Source: a bacterium
GTDB taxonomy: Bacteria > Bdellovibrionota_C > UBA2361 > CALJRW01
Length of the DNA stretch: 64,000 nucleotides
Direction: 5' to 3'
Assembly (NCBI GenBank): GCA_031385045.1
Contig: JANNBC010000021.1
Span: 1 to 64,000, forward strand
Below the pieces are notes generated by a model. That model was not told the origin of the DNA, searched no databases, and saw only the letters and a list, made by a program, of their open reading frames with translations. Numbering within the stretch: position 1 is the stretch's first letter; each line of letters begins with the position of its first letter. This document shows positions 10,949-21,275 of the stretch, piece after piece. The translations under genes and the position numbers were made by a program.

Positions 10949-11758
10949 TTATTGGAAAAGTGCCCCAGCGGCATTCCGGTTAATAAACTCCAAAGCATCT
11001 GCCGACTGAAGCTTTACAAACGAAGTGTTATCTCCACTCTGACAGTCAGTTCTAGTTCCAAAAGAAGTTGTTCCAAAAATGGCAACGCGACCATTATGAC
11101 TAGCAAATAATGGTCCACCTGAATCGCCGAAGCAAACATTACTGCCTGTTCCTTCGTATAATGCTTTTACAAAATCATTGTTCACATCTGATATTTTCAT
11201 TTCCCCAGATCTTAGAGTGGATGAAACATCTCCACTATCTTCTTGGCCATAACCAAAGACAGAAACAATCTCACCAACATCTAAGTCCCGACCTAGGAGA
11301 ATTGGCATAACTGGCAAACCAGCGTTGGATACTAATTCTAGGATGGCAATATCATTGCGGTTTGTTGTGTTGTTTGGATCGTTAAAATCTGGGTGAATAT
11401 AAACAACTTTGGCATTAATTGATCTAATGGTGAGAGGCTGATCTCCAATTTCAACAGTGGCACTAGCAACATCTTCAAAGCAATGAGCCGCAGTAATTAG
11501 CTTATTGCTGGTGATCATGGTTCCTGTGCAGTTGGCAATTTGATCGTCGTTAGTTGTGAGGACGATTCGAACGACAGCTGATAGTTCAGGATTAGCACAG
11601 CTTGTTCCGCCAACGATTTTATTATTTAAGCCCAGTACGTCACAGGAGTTGTTATCGGGATTATTGGAGGAGTTATTATCAGATTCACTATCGCTATTTT
11701 TGCAGGAAGAAAAACATGCTAAAGTTAAAAAAAGCGTTAATATATATAGGTGTCGCAT
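10949..11758 (-). CDS. Trypsin-like serine protease (S1) lipoprotein
   Basis: IVGG, TAAHC, DIAIL, GDSGGP catalytic motifs; lipobox FSSC. Confidence 0.95.
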   Translation of the reverse strand: MRHLYILTLFLTLACFSSCKNSDSESDNNSSNNPDNNSCDVLGLNNKIVGGTSCANPELSAVVRIVLTTNDDQIANCTGTMITSNKLITAAHCFEDVASATVEIGDQPLTIRSINAKVVYIHPDFNDPNNTTNRNDIAILELVSNAGLPVMPILLGRDLDVGEIVSVFGYGQEDSGDVSSTLRSGEMKISDVNNDFVKALYEGTGSNVCFGDSGGPLFASHNGRVAIFGTTSFGTRTDCQSGDNTSFVKLQSADALEFINRNAAGALFQ

Positions 11759-12100
11759 ATGAAATCATTTCTAAAAGTTTTATTTCTGGTTCAGCTTTTA
11801 GCAGTCTCCGCCTGCTCTCAGCAGACCGAAAGCACTAATGTTCCAGAGACTGAAAATATTACTATTCAGAACTATCAGCAATGTGTGAAATTAGGAGGGA
11901 TTATTTTAAAAACTTACCCACCTAAATGCCGAACAAAGTCTGGAGCAATATACACTTCTGGTGGTAGTACTTCCAAGGCTCTTTGCAATAATCTTTGTGG
12001 GGATGGGATCTGTCAGGAGATCGTTTGTCTTGGAACCGGGTGTGCTTGTGCCGAATCAGTTGATAGCTGTCCTAAAGACTGCATGGGAACCACTAACTAG
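11759..12100 (+). CDS. Small cysteine-rich lipoprotein
   Basis: MKSFLK...VSAC lipobox; YQQCVKLGG..TYPPKC and CGDGICQ...CPKDC modules. Confidence 0.75.
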   Translation: MKSFLKVLFLVQLLAVSACSQQTESTNVPETENITIQNYQQCVKLGGIILKTYPPKCRTKSGAIYTSGGSTSKALCNNLCGDGICQEIVCLGTGCACAESVDSCPKDCMGTTN

Positions 12101-12551
12101 GTACTCCTATTATGTAAGCCTCCATTACTGTTTACTGCGCTTCTCTTAGTAGTTGGAAGCATATCCTCGGACTCATTTCTTTCATAACTCTTCTCTTTAT
12201 TCAGTTATAACAAGTTGAATTAATTCGATAATTTATACTAATTCGAATATTATCAGTTAGTTAGATTTAAAGTAAAAAATACAGATTGAAAATTTAGCTA
12301 AAATAAAAGTTTAGCACAAAATCGCTAAAGAAAATGTTTAATTAATTTAGGTGTTTAAGGAGTTAAGTGCTTGAAGTAGCTATTGGAGAGAACCAATAAA
12401 ATAATTATATCATTAAAAAGAATGATCGCGCAAGCATTTATTTTATAAATCTAAAAATATTTTTAACCTATTGAGATTATTTAATAAAAAGTCAAAAATA
12501 AAGTCATCAAGGGATGTTTTAAGGTAGCTTCAATCTTTAATAAAGTTTTAT

Positions 12552-12968
12552 ATGGGTAAATTCGCAGTTAGTGATGCTAAGGAGCAAAGTCTAGTCGCTT
12601 TGATGGAGAGCTTAGGCTTAAAAGATGAGGAGATTGAAGAGAAGTTTATTCGTGGCTCAGGCAATGGTGGACAGAAGATTAATAAAACCTCCTCCTGTGT
12701 CTATTTAAAACACATTCCCAGTAATCTAGAAATAAAGTGTCAGCGAACTCGTTCTCAGGCGCTAAATCGCTATCATGCTCGGGTAGAGCTTTGTGAAAAA
12801 GTCATGGAGCAAAAGCGAGATGTGCGATCGAAAAAGCTAAGAGAGATTTCCAAAATTAGAAGACAGAAAAGTACCAGAGCACGAAAATCTAAAGAGAAGA
12901 TTCTGGCTGATAAGCAGAAACATGCTAAGGTAAAATCAAACAGAAAGAAAGTTACTAGTAGTGATTAG
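12552..12968 (+). CDS. Stand-alone RF-1/GGQ domain peptidyl-tRNA hydrolase (ribosome-rescue factor-like)
   Basis: RGSGNGGQKINKT, RSQALNR, basic C-terminal tail. Confidence 0.88.
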   Translation: MGKFAVSDAKEQSLVALMESLGLKDEEIEEKFIRGSGNGGQKINKTSSCVYLKHIPSNLEIKCQRTRSQALNRYHARVELCEKVMEQKRDVRSKKLREISKIRRQKSTRARKSKEKILADKQKHAKVKSNRKKVTSSD

Positions 12969-12974
12969 GTAATC

Positions 12975-14966
12975 TTAGTCCTCGGGTTGCAAATACGGCA
13001 CTGGGCAATTAAAGCTATCAGCAATTGCTCGGATTAGGGTAAATTCTTGGTGCGATATTTTTTGATCAATTGAAATGCACGAGATGCAAGCTCGAAGTAG
13101 GACTTCGCGCACAGGGTACTCGGAATTACTAAGTTCATAAATTGCTTGATCTAGTAAATCAAAATTAACGCTAGGTAAAACTGTAAATTTATATTGGAAT
13201 TCTGTAGGGATTGCGCAATGTTTAATTCCTGCTTGATAAGCTTGTTCTGCTAATTGCAAATTATCCTTATTACCTAAGACTGCTAGGCATAAAAATAAAT
13301 TTGAGGCTGGTTTTACAAGAGTTGCTAAAGGCTTGGCCACAGCTTTCTTTTGTTTTTCGAGACCAAATTTCTGATTAAAATGTTTTAATAGGATAATTTG
13401 TAAAGTGTATTCTTGTAAATCTAGATTATCATCAGCATGTGCTAGTAGAGTTACAAGGTCTCGTAACTGTAGGAACTGACTCTCAGATAGCATCCCTAGA
13501 GTAGGAAGCGCTAAATCTAAAACAGATAGGAAATTATTTGAATTAATATTCTTTGAATCAATTAATAATTTAGAAAATTCACTAAAAGCAGAAGATGGTA
13601 AGTTGGACTCTAAGATCTGCAATTGTTTTTGGCGAATTTCAGGCTTAGAATCAAGAATTAAAGTGTAGACTACTAGTGGAGCTAAGTAAGGCTCATGGAT
13701 GCCCTCATAAATTTTAGGTGGTAGATTACTAATTAAGTTTTGTGCTGCCTCTAAGTTAGCAACGCCCATTGTTCCGATAGTTCCCAGGATATGACCTGCG
13801 GGATTATTTAAAATTGCACCTAATCCCGGATTCTTGAGTAGCGGGTTTTCAACTCGAGACTGTCGAGAGTTAGCCTGCTGATTGCGAGTCGCTGTTTCCT
13901 CACTAATATTATTTACCTTAACCTCAGTGAAGTCACCGGAGAAAGAGGGATCTAATCTCTCAATGCGATCGATTAACGGAGGATGAGTTGCAAATAAATT
14001 CGTAAAACTTTTTTTTAGTCCATTTGCAAAGAACATATGGCTCACTTCTTCAGCGTGAAGATTTTGAATTTTAGAACCATCAGATAGTGCTCCAATTTTC
14101 TTGAGGGCGCCAGAAATCCCTAAAGGGTTTCTAGTATATTGCACAGCAGAAGCATCAGCTAAGAATTCTCTCTGACGAGAGACGGCCATCTTAATTAGAT
14201 TTGCAAAAAAGACACCTGTGTACCCAATGACAAATAGGCCTGCACCAATTAACATGATTGAGCCACCACCATCTGATTTATTAGAGCGGCGACTAGAAAA
14301 TCCAGAACTGCGCATCGTCCCTTCGAGGACAAATCTTCCTGCTAGGGCAATAAATAAAATCCCAAACAGTACTCCAATTAGCCTTAGATTTAAACGCATA
14401 TCACCATTTAAGATGTGACTGAATTCATGAGCAATAACTCCTTGTAGTTCATCTCTGGTGAGAATATTGAGCGCCCCACGACTGACCCCAATTACGGCAT
14501 TATCCAGCCTTGTTCCAGCAGCAAAGGCATTGATGCTTAATTCATCTTCCATCACATAAATTGGGGGCACTTTCATTCCGGAAGCAATGGCAATTTCTTC
14601 CACGATGTTGATAATTTGTTTTTCTGTGGCAAGAGTTGTGTTGGGATTTAATAAGCGACCATTGAGCATAGTGGCGACACGTGCTCCGCTACCGCCTAGC
14701 TGGATTGATTTAAAAAAACTAGCTAAGGCAATGATCAAGGAGACGCCAAGAAAAACCTTGATAAAAAGTGCTGTATTCCAAAGTAGTCCTAATTTAGATT
14801 GAAACTTAGTTGGATTTATTCCGGCTGTTAGTAGGCCACTATTTAGCGTAAGAGCAAAGAGTAAATAGATTCCTAGAGCAATTCCAAAGATTGCTAAGAG
14901 ATAAAGAAATAAGAGTTGGTTGGTACGACGTTTAGCGTGAATTTGGTTTTCAAAAAAAGTACTCAT
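12975..14966 (-). CDS. M48 (HtpX-like) membrane zinc metalloprotease, long form
   Basis: INAFAAG, AHEFSH (HExxH), SRQREFLADA, THPPL. Confidence 0.92.
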   Translation of the reverse strand: MSTFFENQIHAKRRTNQLLFLYLLAIFGIALGIYLLFALTLNSGLLTAGINPTKFQSKLGLLWNTALFIKVFLGVSLIIALASFFKSIQLGGSGARVATMLNGRLLNPNTTLATEKQIINIVEEIAIASGMKVPPIYVMEDELSINAFAAGTRLDNAVIGVSRGALNILTRDELQGVIAHEFSHILNGDMRLNLRLIGVLFGILFIALAGRFVLEGTMRSSGFSSRRSNKSDGGGSIMLIGAGLFVIGYTGVFFANLIKMAVSRQREFLADASAVQYTRNPLGISGALKKIGALSDGSKIQNLHAEEVSHMFFANGLKKSFTNLFATHPPLIDRIERLDPSFSGDFTEVKVNNISEETATRNQQANSRQSRVENPLLKNPGLGAILNNPAGHILGTIGTMGVANLEAAQNLISNLPPKIYEGIHEPYLAPLVVYTLILDSKPEIRQKQLQILESNLPSSAFSEFSKLLIDSKNINSNNFLSVLDLALPTLGMLSESQFLQLRDLVTLLAHADDNLDLQEYTLQIILLKHFNQKFGLEKQKKAVAKPLATLVKPASNLFLCLAVLGNKDNLQLAEQAYQAGIKHCAIPTEFQYKFTVLPSVNFDLLDQAIYELSNSEYPVREVLLRACISCISIDQKISHQEFTLIRAIADSFNCPVPYLQPED

Positions 14967-15016
14967 AGCAGTTTAAGGGTGTAGTGAATTGCGAGAAAGT
15001 TTGTTAGTCTAGCGAC

Positions 15017-16537
15017 ATGAAATGTAAGCAGAATAACATTAATTTAAATCAGTTGGCGAGAGAAGATTTCTGGAAAATCCTTAATCAGATTCGTTCTAAA
15101 AATAAATATCTTCCGGATTCAACTTTAGACGATCAAAGAATTTTAAAATTCTTAGCGGAAGATCAAAATTTACAAATGGCAGTTTATCAAGCGGGTAAGC
15201 GCTTTGCCGAAATCATCCAAGAATTTCCAGAAGCAGTTCATTTATCTACTGGAGAACTAATCCAAGAATTACACCAAGATGTCCTCAATTTTTATTCAGC
15301 TGATGGTATTCCCCCTTTTGTTCCACTAACAGCAATGGGTCCTTGGATTGTGACCTTCCATGGTGGCGTTGTTTATGACGTTGGTGCCTATGGGATGTTA
15401 GGTTATGGGCATAACCCTGCTTTTTTAAAGCCTTATCTATGTGAAGAGCAAGTCATGGCTAATGTCAAAACTGTTAGCTTTAGTCAGCGTCGTACTTGTC
15501 AAACTTTAAAGAAGAATATTCGTCAAGGAAATTGTCCCTTTCAGAAATTTATGTTTGTGAATTCTGGGACAGAGGCAGTTGCCGTAGCTACTCGTACCAG
15601 TGATGCTAATGCTTTAGTAATGACTAAAGAGGGCGGAAGGCACCAAGGTAAAAAAATTAAATTCTTAACACTGCAAGGTAGTTTTCATGGTCGAACACAA
15701 AGAGAGGCTTTGGCTTCTGATTCGACATGGCAGACATATCAAGTTCTGGCGACTTTTAAAGATAATCATAGTTTAGTAACTGTTGAGCCAAATAATATTA
15801 GCGAATTGCAAGAAGTATTTAAGCAAGCAGAAAAAGATGGTGTTTTTTTTGAGGCAACATTACTAGAACCTGTGATGGGGGAAGGTCGTGCCGGGTTTGC
15901 CTTGACTCCAGAATTTTATTTGGAAGCGCAACGTTTAACAACAGAGCACGGTGGTTTATTAATTATTGATTCAATTCAAGCTGGGCTTCGTTGTCATGGA
16001 GTCTTAAGTATTCTAGATTATCCTGGTTTTGAAAATTGTCCTGCCCCTGATTTAGAAACATATTCTAAGGCTGTTAATGCTGGACAATATCCGCTTTCAG
16101 TTGTGGCACTTAGTGAAAGAGCAATTAAAGCTTATCGCCAAGGCACGTATGGAAATACGATGACTACTAATCCGCGGGCACTTGATATCGCCAATTGCTT
16201 GCTGAATCATCATACTTCGGAAATTACTGAAAATATTAAAGCTCAAGGTAACTATGCTTTACAAAAACTTGCCGAGTTAAAAGCCCGCTATCCAGAAAAG
16301 ACAAAGGAGATCTTAGGAACTGGATTGTTATTTTCTTTGCAGTTAATTCCTCAAATTCCGATTGAAGGTCAAGAGGGGATTGAAAAACAAATTCGCCTAC
16401 GAGGAGTTAATGTAATTCATAGTTCGGGGAACCGCCTGCGTTTTACTCCCTGGTTTAAGATTAATCAGACTGAAGTTGACTTGTTATTTGAAGTTGTGGA
16501 AGAGTGCTTGAAGGAATTTGTTCCAAGGAAAAATTAA
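15017..16537 (+). CDS. Class III PLP-dependent aminotransferase
   Basis: NSGTEA, SFHGRT, EPVMGEG, DSIQAG, YSKA. Confidence 0.88.
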   Translation: MKCKQNNINLNQLAREDFWKILNQIRSKNKYLPDSTLDDQRILKFLAEDQNLQMAVYQAGKRFAEIIQEFPEAVHLSTGELIQELHQDVLNFYSADGIPPFVPLTAMGPWIVTFHGGVVYDVGAYGMLGYGHNPAFLKPYLCEEQVMANVKTVSFSQRRTCQTLKKNIRQGNCPFQKFMFVNSGTEAVAVATRTSDANALVMTKEGGRHQGKKIKFLTLQGSFHGRTQREALASDSTWQTYQVLATFKDNHSLVTVEPNNISELQEVFKQAEKDGVFFEATLLEPVMGEGRAGFALTPEFYLEAQRLTTEHGGLLIIDSIQAGLRCHGVLSILDYPGFENCPAPDLETYSKAVNAGQYPLSVVALSERAIKAYRQGTYGNTMTTNPRALDIANCLLNHHTSEITENIKAQGNYALQKLAELKARYPEKTKEILGTGLLFSLQLIPQIPIEGQEGIEKQIRLRGVNVIHSSGNRLRFTPWFKINQTEVDLLFEVVEECLKEFVPRKN

Positions 16538-16560
16538 TTCTTGTCGTTTGTTAATTTGAT

Positions 16561-17346
16561 ATGACTGAAAAATCAATCATTGTTATTCCCGCCCGCTTTG
16601 CATCGAGTCGTTTTCCGGGTAAGCCATTGAAATTAATTTCCGGCAAAATGATGATTCAGCGTGTTTGGGAGATTGCTTGCCAAGCTTTAACTGCTGAGCA
16701 AGTTTATATTGCGACTGATAGTATTGAGATTCAACAAGCAGCCGAGTCATTTGGCGCAAAAGTTGTTATGACTTCAGTTGATTGCCGAAATGGAAGTGAA
16801 CGTGTTTGGGAGGCACTCCAAGTTCTTGGTTTTCAACCTGAGATTATTGTGAATTTTCAAGGTGATGCGGTACTAACACCTCCTTGGATTATTAAAGATT
16901 TATTGCTTGCAATGGAAAATCAGCCCGAGTTTGGCTGTGCTACACCAAAGGTGCGCATTGATAATCAAGCCTATGAAGAATTTCAAAAAATGCGTTTAGC
17001 GGGAAGCTCTTCGGGAACATTTGTCGTGAGTGATGCCAAAGATCGAGCTTTATATTTCTCTAATGCCATAATTCCGTATTTTCGTAAGAATAATCCCCAT
17101 AAGTATGCCGATCGTCATTTAGGGATTTATGCCTATCGATTTGATACTTTAAAGAAATATCTCTCACTTACCGAATCATCATTAGAAGCTATTGAGCAAC
17201 TGGAGCAACTTCGCATGTTAGAGAATGGAATTGAAATTCTAACAGTAGCTGTTGATCTCAAAGGTCGAACCATGGCTTCCGTTGATTCACCAGAGGATCT
17301 GCTTACGGCCGAAAGATTAATTGCGAGTGAGGGAGACTTAATATGA
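16561..17346 (+). CDS. kdsB: 3-deoxy-manno-octulosonate cytidylyltransferase
   Basis: IPARFASSRFPGKPL, NFQGD, HLGIYAY, EQLEQLR. Confidence 0.95.
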   Translation: MTEKSIIVIPARFASSRFPGKPLKLISGKMMIQRVWEIACQALTAEQVYIATDSIEIQQAAESFGAKVVMTSVDCRNGSERVWEALQVLGFQPEIIVNFQGDAVLTPPWIIKDLLLAMENQPEFGCATPKVRIDNQAYEEFQKMRLAGSSSGTFVVSDAKDRALYFSNAIIPYFRKNNPHKYADRHLGIYAYRFDTLKKYLSLTESSLEAIEQLEQLRMLENGIEILTVAVDLKGRTMASVDSPEDLLTAERLIASEGDLI

Positions 17347-17984
17347 AGCTAGTCTTAGCAAGGCATGGGAATACTTTTGGGCCCAGAGATGATGTCGTTT
17401 GGGCTGGCGCTGACCAAGATTTACCACTAGTAGTTGTTGGTCAGGAGCAAGCTGAGATAGTTGGAAATTGTTTTTTAGAATTAGCTAAATCTCCAACTCA
17501 TATTTATTCTGGCCCACTAAAGCGCACAAAGGAATTTGCTGAAATTATTGCTGCTAAAATTAAATTCTCGGGAGAAATTATTATTGATCCCCGACTTAAT
17601 GAGTTAGATTATGGACTCTGGGGTGGGATGACCTCCGAAGAAATTATCGATAGTTTTGGAGATCAAGATTTAAATAATTGGAATGATCAGAGTATCTGGT
17701 CAGAGACTTTTTTTATGGGATCAGAAGTTGAAACAATCACTCGAGTTAAAGAGTTTGTCCTTGCCCTAATTCAGAAACATCAAGAAAATGATCTTGTCTT
17801 AATTGTTAGTAGTAACGGATTACTCCGCTATTTTTTAAAATTAATTCCTGGAGAATTTGAAAACCGAGTAAGTCTTAATGATTTTAAAATTAAGACTGGG
17901 CATCTTTCGGTAATTGATTACCAGGCTGGTACATTTAAGTTATCTACTTGGAATACTTCCCCTGGTAATTTAACTAAGATATAG
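17343..17984 (+). CDS. Histidine phosphatase family protein
   Basis: LARHG motif, LNELDYGLWGG. Confidence 0.88.
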   Translation: MKLVLARHGNTFGPRDDVVWAGADQDLPLVVVGQEQAEIVGNCFLELAKSPTHIYSGPLKRTKEFAEIIAAKIKFSGEIIIDPRLNELDYGLWGGMTSEEIIDSFGDQDLNNWNDQSIWSETFFMGSEVETITRVKEFVLALIQKHQENDLVLIVSSNGLLRYFLKLIPGEFENRVSLNDFKIKTGHLSVIDYQAGTFKLSTWNTSPGNLTKI

Positions 17985-18029
17985 TATTTATATTGCTGAA
18001 GGCAGAGCCTTCAGCAATATAAATACTAT
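17981..18029. repeat. 23-bp perfect inverted repeat (REP-like hairpin)
   Basis: atagtatttatattgctgaaggc-aga-gccttcagcaatataaatactat. Confidence 0.8.
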
Positions 18030-18138
18030 CCACCAAAGCCCCAAGAGACCTTCTTAACTTCCAAACTCAACTGGAGCGACGGTGGATTCTTTAATAACTT
18101 AGCGCTATAAATTAGTTATAGTTGCCTCCTTTGCTCCT

Positions 18139-18876
18139 ATGTACAAATCCCTATCCTGGCTAAGAACAATTCCTTTTTTAATTTCCTTTGCACTACTAAT
18201 GGTAGTAAGCGATTTATTGCTACGTTTTTTTTGGTCAAAGAAGTTCTATGCTCAGGTCAATAATTTTTTAAATCGTTTTGTCCTGCAGTTATTAACATTT
18301 TTTTGTGGTACAAAATTTGAATATCAAGTCGCTAGCGAAGTTATTCCAGCTCAAAAAAACTCTTTGCCTAAGATTATTATTTCTAATCATCAATCATTAA
18401 TGGATTTGGCAATGTTAAATGTTGTCTTTCAAGAGAACCAGCTTAGGTTTATTGCCAAAAGAGAGTTAGCTAAATTTTTGCCATATGTTTCCATTGCGCT
18501 CCGCAAGTTGCCACATTGTTTGATTGATCGGGGGGATCGTGGGCAAGCGCTAACTTCCATTAAAAAATATTGCCAAGTACTTAAGACTGAACAATTCCTA
18601 TTGGTAATTTTCCCCGAAGGAACGAGGGCTCGAGATGGTATTATGAAAAAATTTAAAACTGGAGGAGTTCAAGCTTTAGTTGAAGAGCTAGGAAGGGTAA
18701 TGATTTTTCCAGTAGCAATTAATGGATCTTACTTAATAGCCAAGGACAAAATGTTGCCGGTGCCAGCGAACATATCAGTACTATTAAAAGCCTTACCTCC
18801 AATCGTTGTAGAGCGAAATCAAGACTTAAAAGTTATTTTAGATCAGTTAGAAGCTGATATTAAAGAGGCACTATGA
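18139..18876 (+). CDS. plsC: 1-acyl-sn-glycerol-3-phosphate acyltransferase (PlsC family)
   Basis: NHQSLMD, FIAKREL, IDR, FPEGTR. Confidence 0.88.
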   Translation: MYKSLSWLRTIPFLISFALLMVVSDLLLRFFWSKKFYAQVNNFLNRFVLQLLTFFCGTKFEYQVASEVIPAQKNSLPKIIISNHQSLMDLAMLNVVFQENQLRFIAKRELAKFLPYVSIALRKLPHCLIDRGDRGQALTSIKKYCQVLKTEQFLLVIFPEGTRARDGIMKKFKTGGVQALVEELGRVMIFPVAINGSYLIAKDKMLPVPANISVLLKALPPIVVERNQDLKVILDQLEADIKEAL

Positions 18877-19349
18877 GTAATAAAACTAAGGTGCTGTTTG
18901 TCTGTTTAGGTAACATCTGCAGGTCTCCGCTGGGTGAGGGAATTTTTAGAAAAATAGTTGTTGACGCTGGACTAGCGGATTGCTTTGAGATTGATTCTTG
19001 TGGGACAGGGGCATGGCATGTGGGGCACTTGCCAGATCCGGGAAGTATTAAAGTTGCCGAACGGCATGGGATTGATTTGACTACTCAAAGAGCTAGGCAA
19101 TTAGCGGCTAAGGATCTGACAGACTTTGATTACATTTTAGCAATGGATCAAAATAATTTGAGAAATATTAATCTATTAGGTTCAGTGTGTGGAAAACTGC
19201 ATCTACTTCGAGAGTTTGATCCATTACATTCTAAAGATTTGAATGTACCCGATCCTTATGGTTTACCGGGGGACTCCTTTCAAGAAGTTTTTGAGATTGT
19301 TGAGCGTTGTTGCCAAGTGTTTCTGACCGCAGTCAAGGAAAACTTATGA
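18873..19349 (+). CDS. Low-molecular-weight protein-tyrosine phosphatase
   Basis: VCLGNICRSP, DPY. Confidence 0.95.
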   Translation: MSNKTKVLFVCLGNICRSPLGEGIFRKIVVDAGLADCFEIDSCGTGAWHVGHLPDPGSIKVAERHGIDLTTQRARQLAAKDLTDFDYILAMDQNNLRNINLLGSVCGKLHLLREFDPLHSKDLNVPDPYGLPGDSFQEVFEIVERCCQVFLTAVKENL

Positions 19350-21002
19350 ATTCCAATTTTTAGGTTGCTTGCTATAAAGTCCCAGAAATCCAGAGTCATC
19401 AAATGTATGTCCAAATAACACATAGTTTTTAAATCGTGTTACGCTTTCTCCCTCCCGCAACTCAGACTGCCAAGCCTCTGTTTTATTGCGACTATTTTTA
19501 ACTAGTAAGTGTTGCTCTTGTAAGCTTAAACCTTGAATTTTAATTTGCGCCACTTTTTCTGCTTCCGTATCTAGTTGTTGGATAGATGCTACGCGATGTT
19601 TTTCTGTCCCAATTTCTCCGGGGGTGCGATAATTCACATTAGACATTTCAGTTGCAGATTTAGTTTGGTGATTTACTGGAACAGTAAGCATAATTGAACC
19701 AGCATGAATGTAATATCCACCATTCTGACAATTATCAAGTGCATTACGAACGAGTTGTTTTGTTTCTGCAATACTAACTGGTCTCGAGCCATCAGCAATA
19801 TGAGCTTCTTCTAAGCGACTTTGAAAATCAGCTAAAGGCATCATTTCTAATCTTTGATGAGGAGGAGAGCCACGATTTATTTCAAAAACACTATTTGGTT
19901 TAAAACCTTGTTCGTAGTGGGAGTTCCCAAGAATAACAAATTTTTCGCCACGTTCATTAGTATGAATTCCTAAAGCTTTGAGACAATGCTTAGCGTGTTC
20001 GCTTCCATCAGGTGCCCAGCGTAAATGAACAATAATTCCTTCAGTGAAATCACAGCCAGTTAATGTTTTCTCAGCAGGATTATAAGATAGACGATTTCCA
20101 GCTTGTAATTTTTCTAAGGCCTCTAAGGTAGCATTTTGCAATCTAGTTGGATTTGTTTGTCGACTAAGAACTTCGTGGCCATGACCAGTTAACATGGAAT
20201 AAAGTAATTCTCCTTCCACCGCAAATTTACCTTTTAGATCAATAAATTCACCCGAGGTATTTGGGATCGAGCAACCTGTCGTTCGCGAGTCATAACTTTC
20301 TACTGCACCACCCATGCTTTTTAATAGAGCAATGGAAGAGGATTCTTGAAAAACTTGTTCAAATACATTTCTAGCAACAAATCTTGGGTGTGGTTCGTCA
20401 TGACCCAAATGCTCGGTAGGTAAAGTAAACTTTAATTTTTCATTTCCACGTTGAATTTCGTATTGCCCTTTGGTTGCTAGCTCAATTACCATGCGACTAA
20501 CTTCCGCGGGATTGTCATTAAAGGCTTGGCTTTCAACAGCCGCGATCACACAAGTGTTTTTTGTCCCTTGGTTAGTAAACCCGTGTGTTTGTATTTTATC
20601 TAGAATATTAGTTAAGATTTCAGTTTTTAAAGCTGACTCTGATTTATCAAAAGCATTAACTAAGCCACGATCTAAATTACTACTCATTAATTTACTTAGA
20701 GAATGAGCTAGAGTTTGTCCTTTAGAATCAACGGAATTTAATGATTCTTGAAACTCCTTAGAGCTTAATACTTGATGGTATAATTTAATTTGGTCATTGC
20801 TGAGGTTTCTCTGATTCTTTTGATCAAGTAAAAAATCAGAAATATTTTCTCGAATTTTCGAATTAATGTTTAGATCTGTTCTACTGGATTGCAGTGCTTC
20901 TTTTCTTCCATTTAAAGATCCTTCGATCTGTTCTTGAGACCGGGATAAGTCTTGCTTTGGAGCTGTTTCAGATTTTGATTGTGAAAAAATATTTAGTGCC
21001 AT
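19344..21002 (-). CDS. Hypothetical protein with possible papain/calpain-like cysteine protease domain
   Basis: Long ORF; NQGTKNTC, KHCLKALG and VILGNSH in Q/C-H-N order. Confidence 0.55.
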   Translation of the reverse strand: MALNIFSQSKSETAPKQDLSRSQEQIEGSLNGRKEALQSSRTDLNINSKIRENISDFLLDQKNQRNLSNDQIKLYHQVLSSKEFQESLNSVDSKGQTLAHSLSKLMSSNLDRGLVNAFDKSESALKTEILTNILDKIQTHGFTNQGTKNTCVIAAVESQAFNDNPAEVSRMVIELATKGQYEIQRGNEKLKFTLPTEHLGHDEPHPRFVARNVFEQVFQESSSIALLKSMGGAVESYDSRTTGCSIPNTSGEFIDLKGKFAVEGELLYSMLTGHGHEVLSRQTNPTRLQNATLEALEKLQAGNRLSYNPAEKTLTGCDFTEGIIVHLRWAPDGSEHAKHCLKALGIHTNERGEKFVILGNSHYEQGFKPNSVFEINRGSPPHQRLEMMPLADFQSRLEEAHIADGSRPVSIAETKQLVRNALDNCQNGGYYIHAGSIMLTVPVNHQTKSATEMSNVNYRTPGEIGTEKHRVASIQQLDTEAEKVAQIKIQGLSLQEQHLLVKNSRNKTEAWQSELREGESVTRFKNYVLFGHTFDDSGFLGLYSKQPKNWNS

Positions 21003-21275
21003 GGAAAATAGTTATATACATATTCACATCAGTTGATACTAAATTTTTGCTTCTAAATTAAATTTTTTTATTGAGAATTGATAGTTATGACAAAAAGTAA
21101 TTCCCTACGGAAATTACTTTTTGGACTTACGATATTTAAAAGCTCTCAAGCTGTAATCTTGATGTATCCCTCTGATATTAATAGGTTTTTTTATGTTCAA
21201 AAGAATCTGGTTTTAGTGCTTAAGCTTATTAGAGTTTAGTTTCGCAATTGTACTGGATAGTCTATAGTTTAGGGA

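Noticed and set aside
12132..12185. 17-aa minus-strand ORF (MKEMSPRICFQLLREAQ) in the AT-rich gap
   Set aside because: Too short, with no recognisable motif or supporting context
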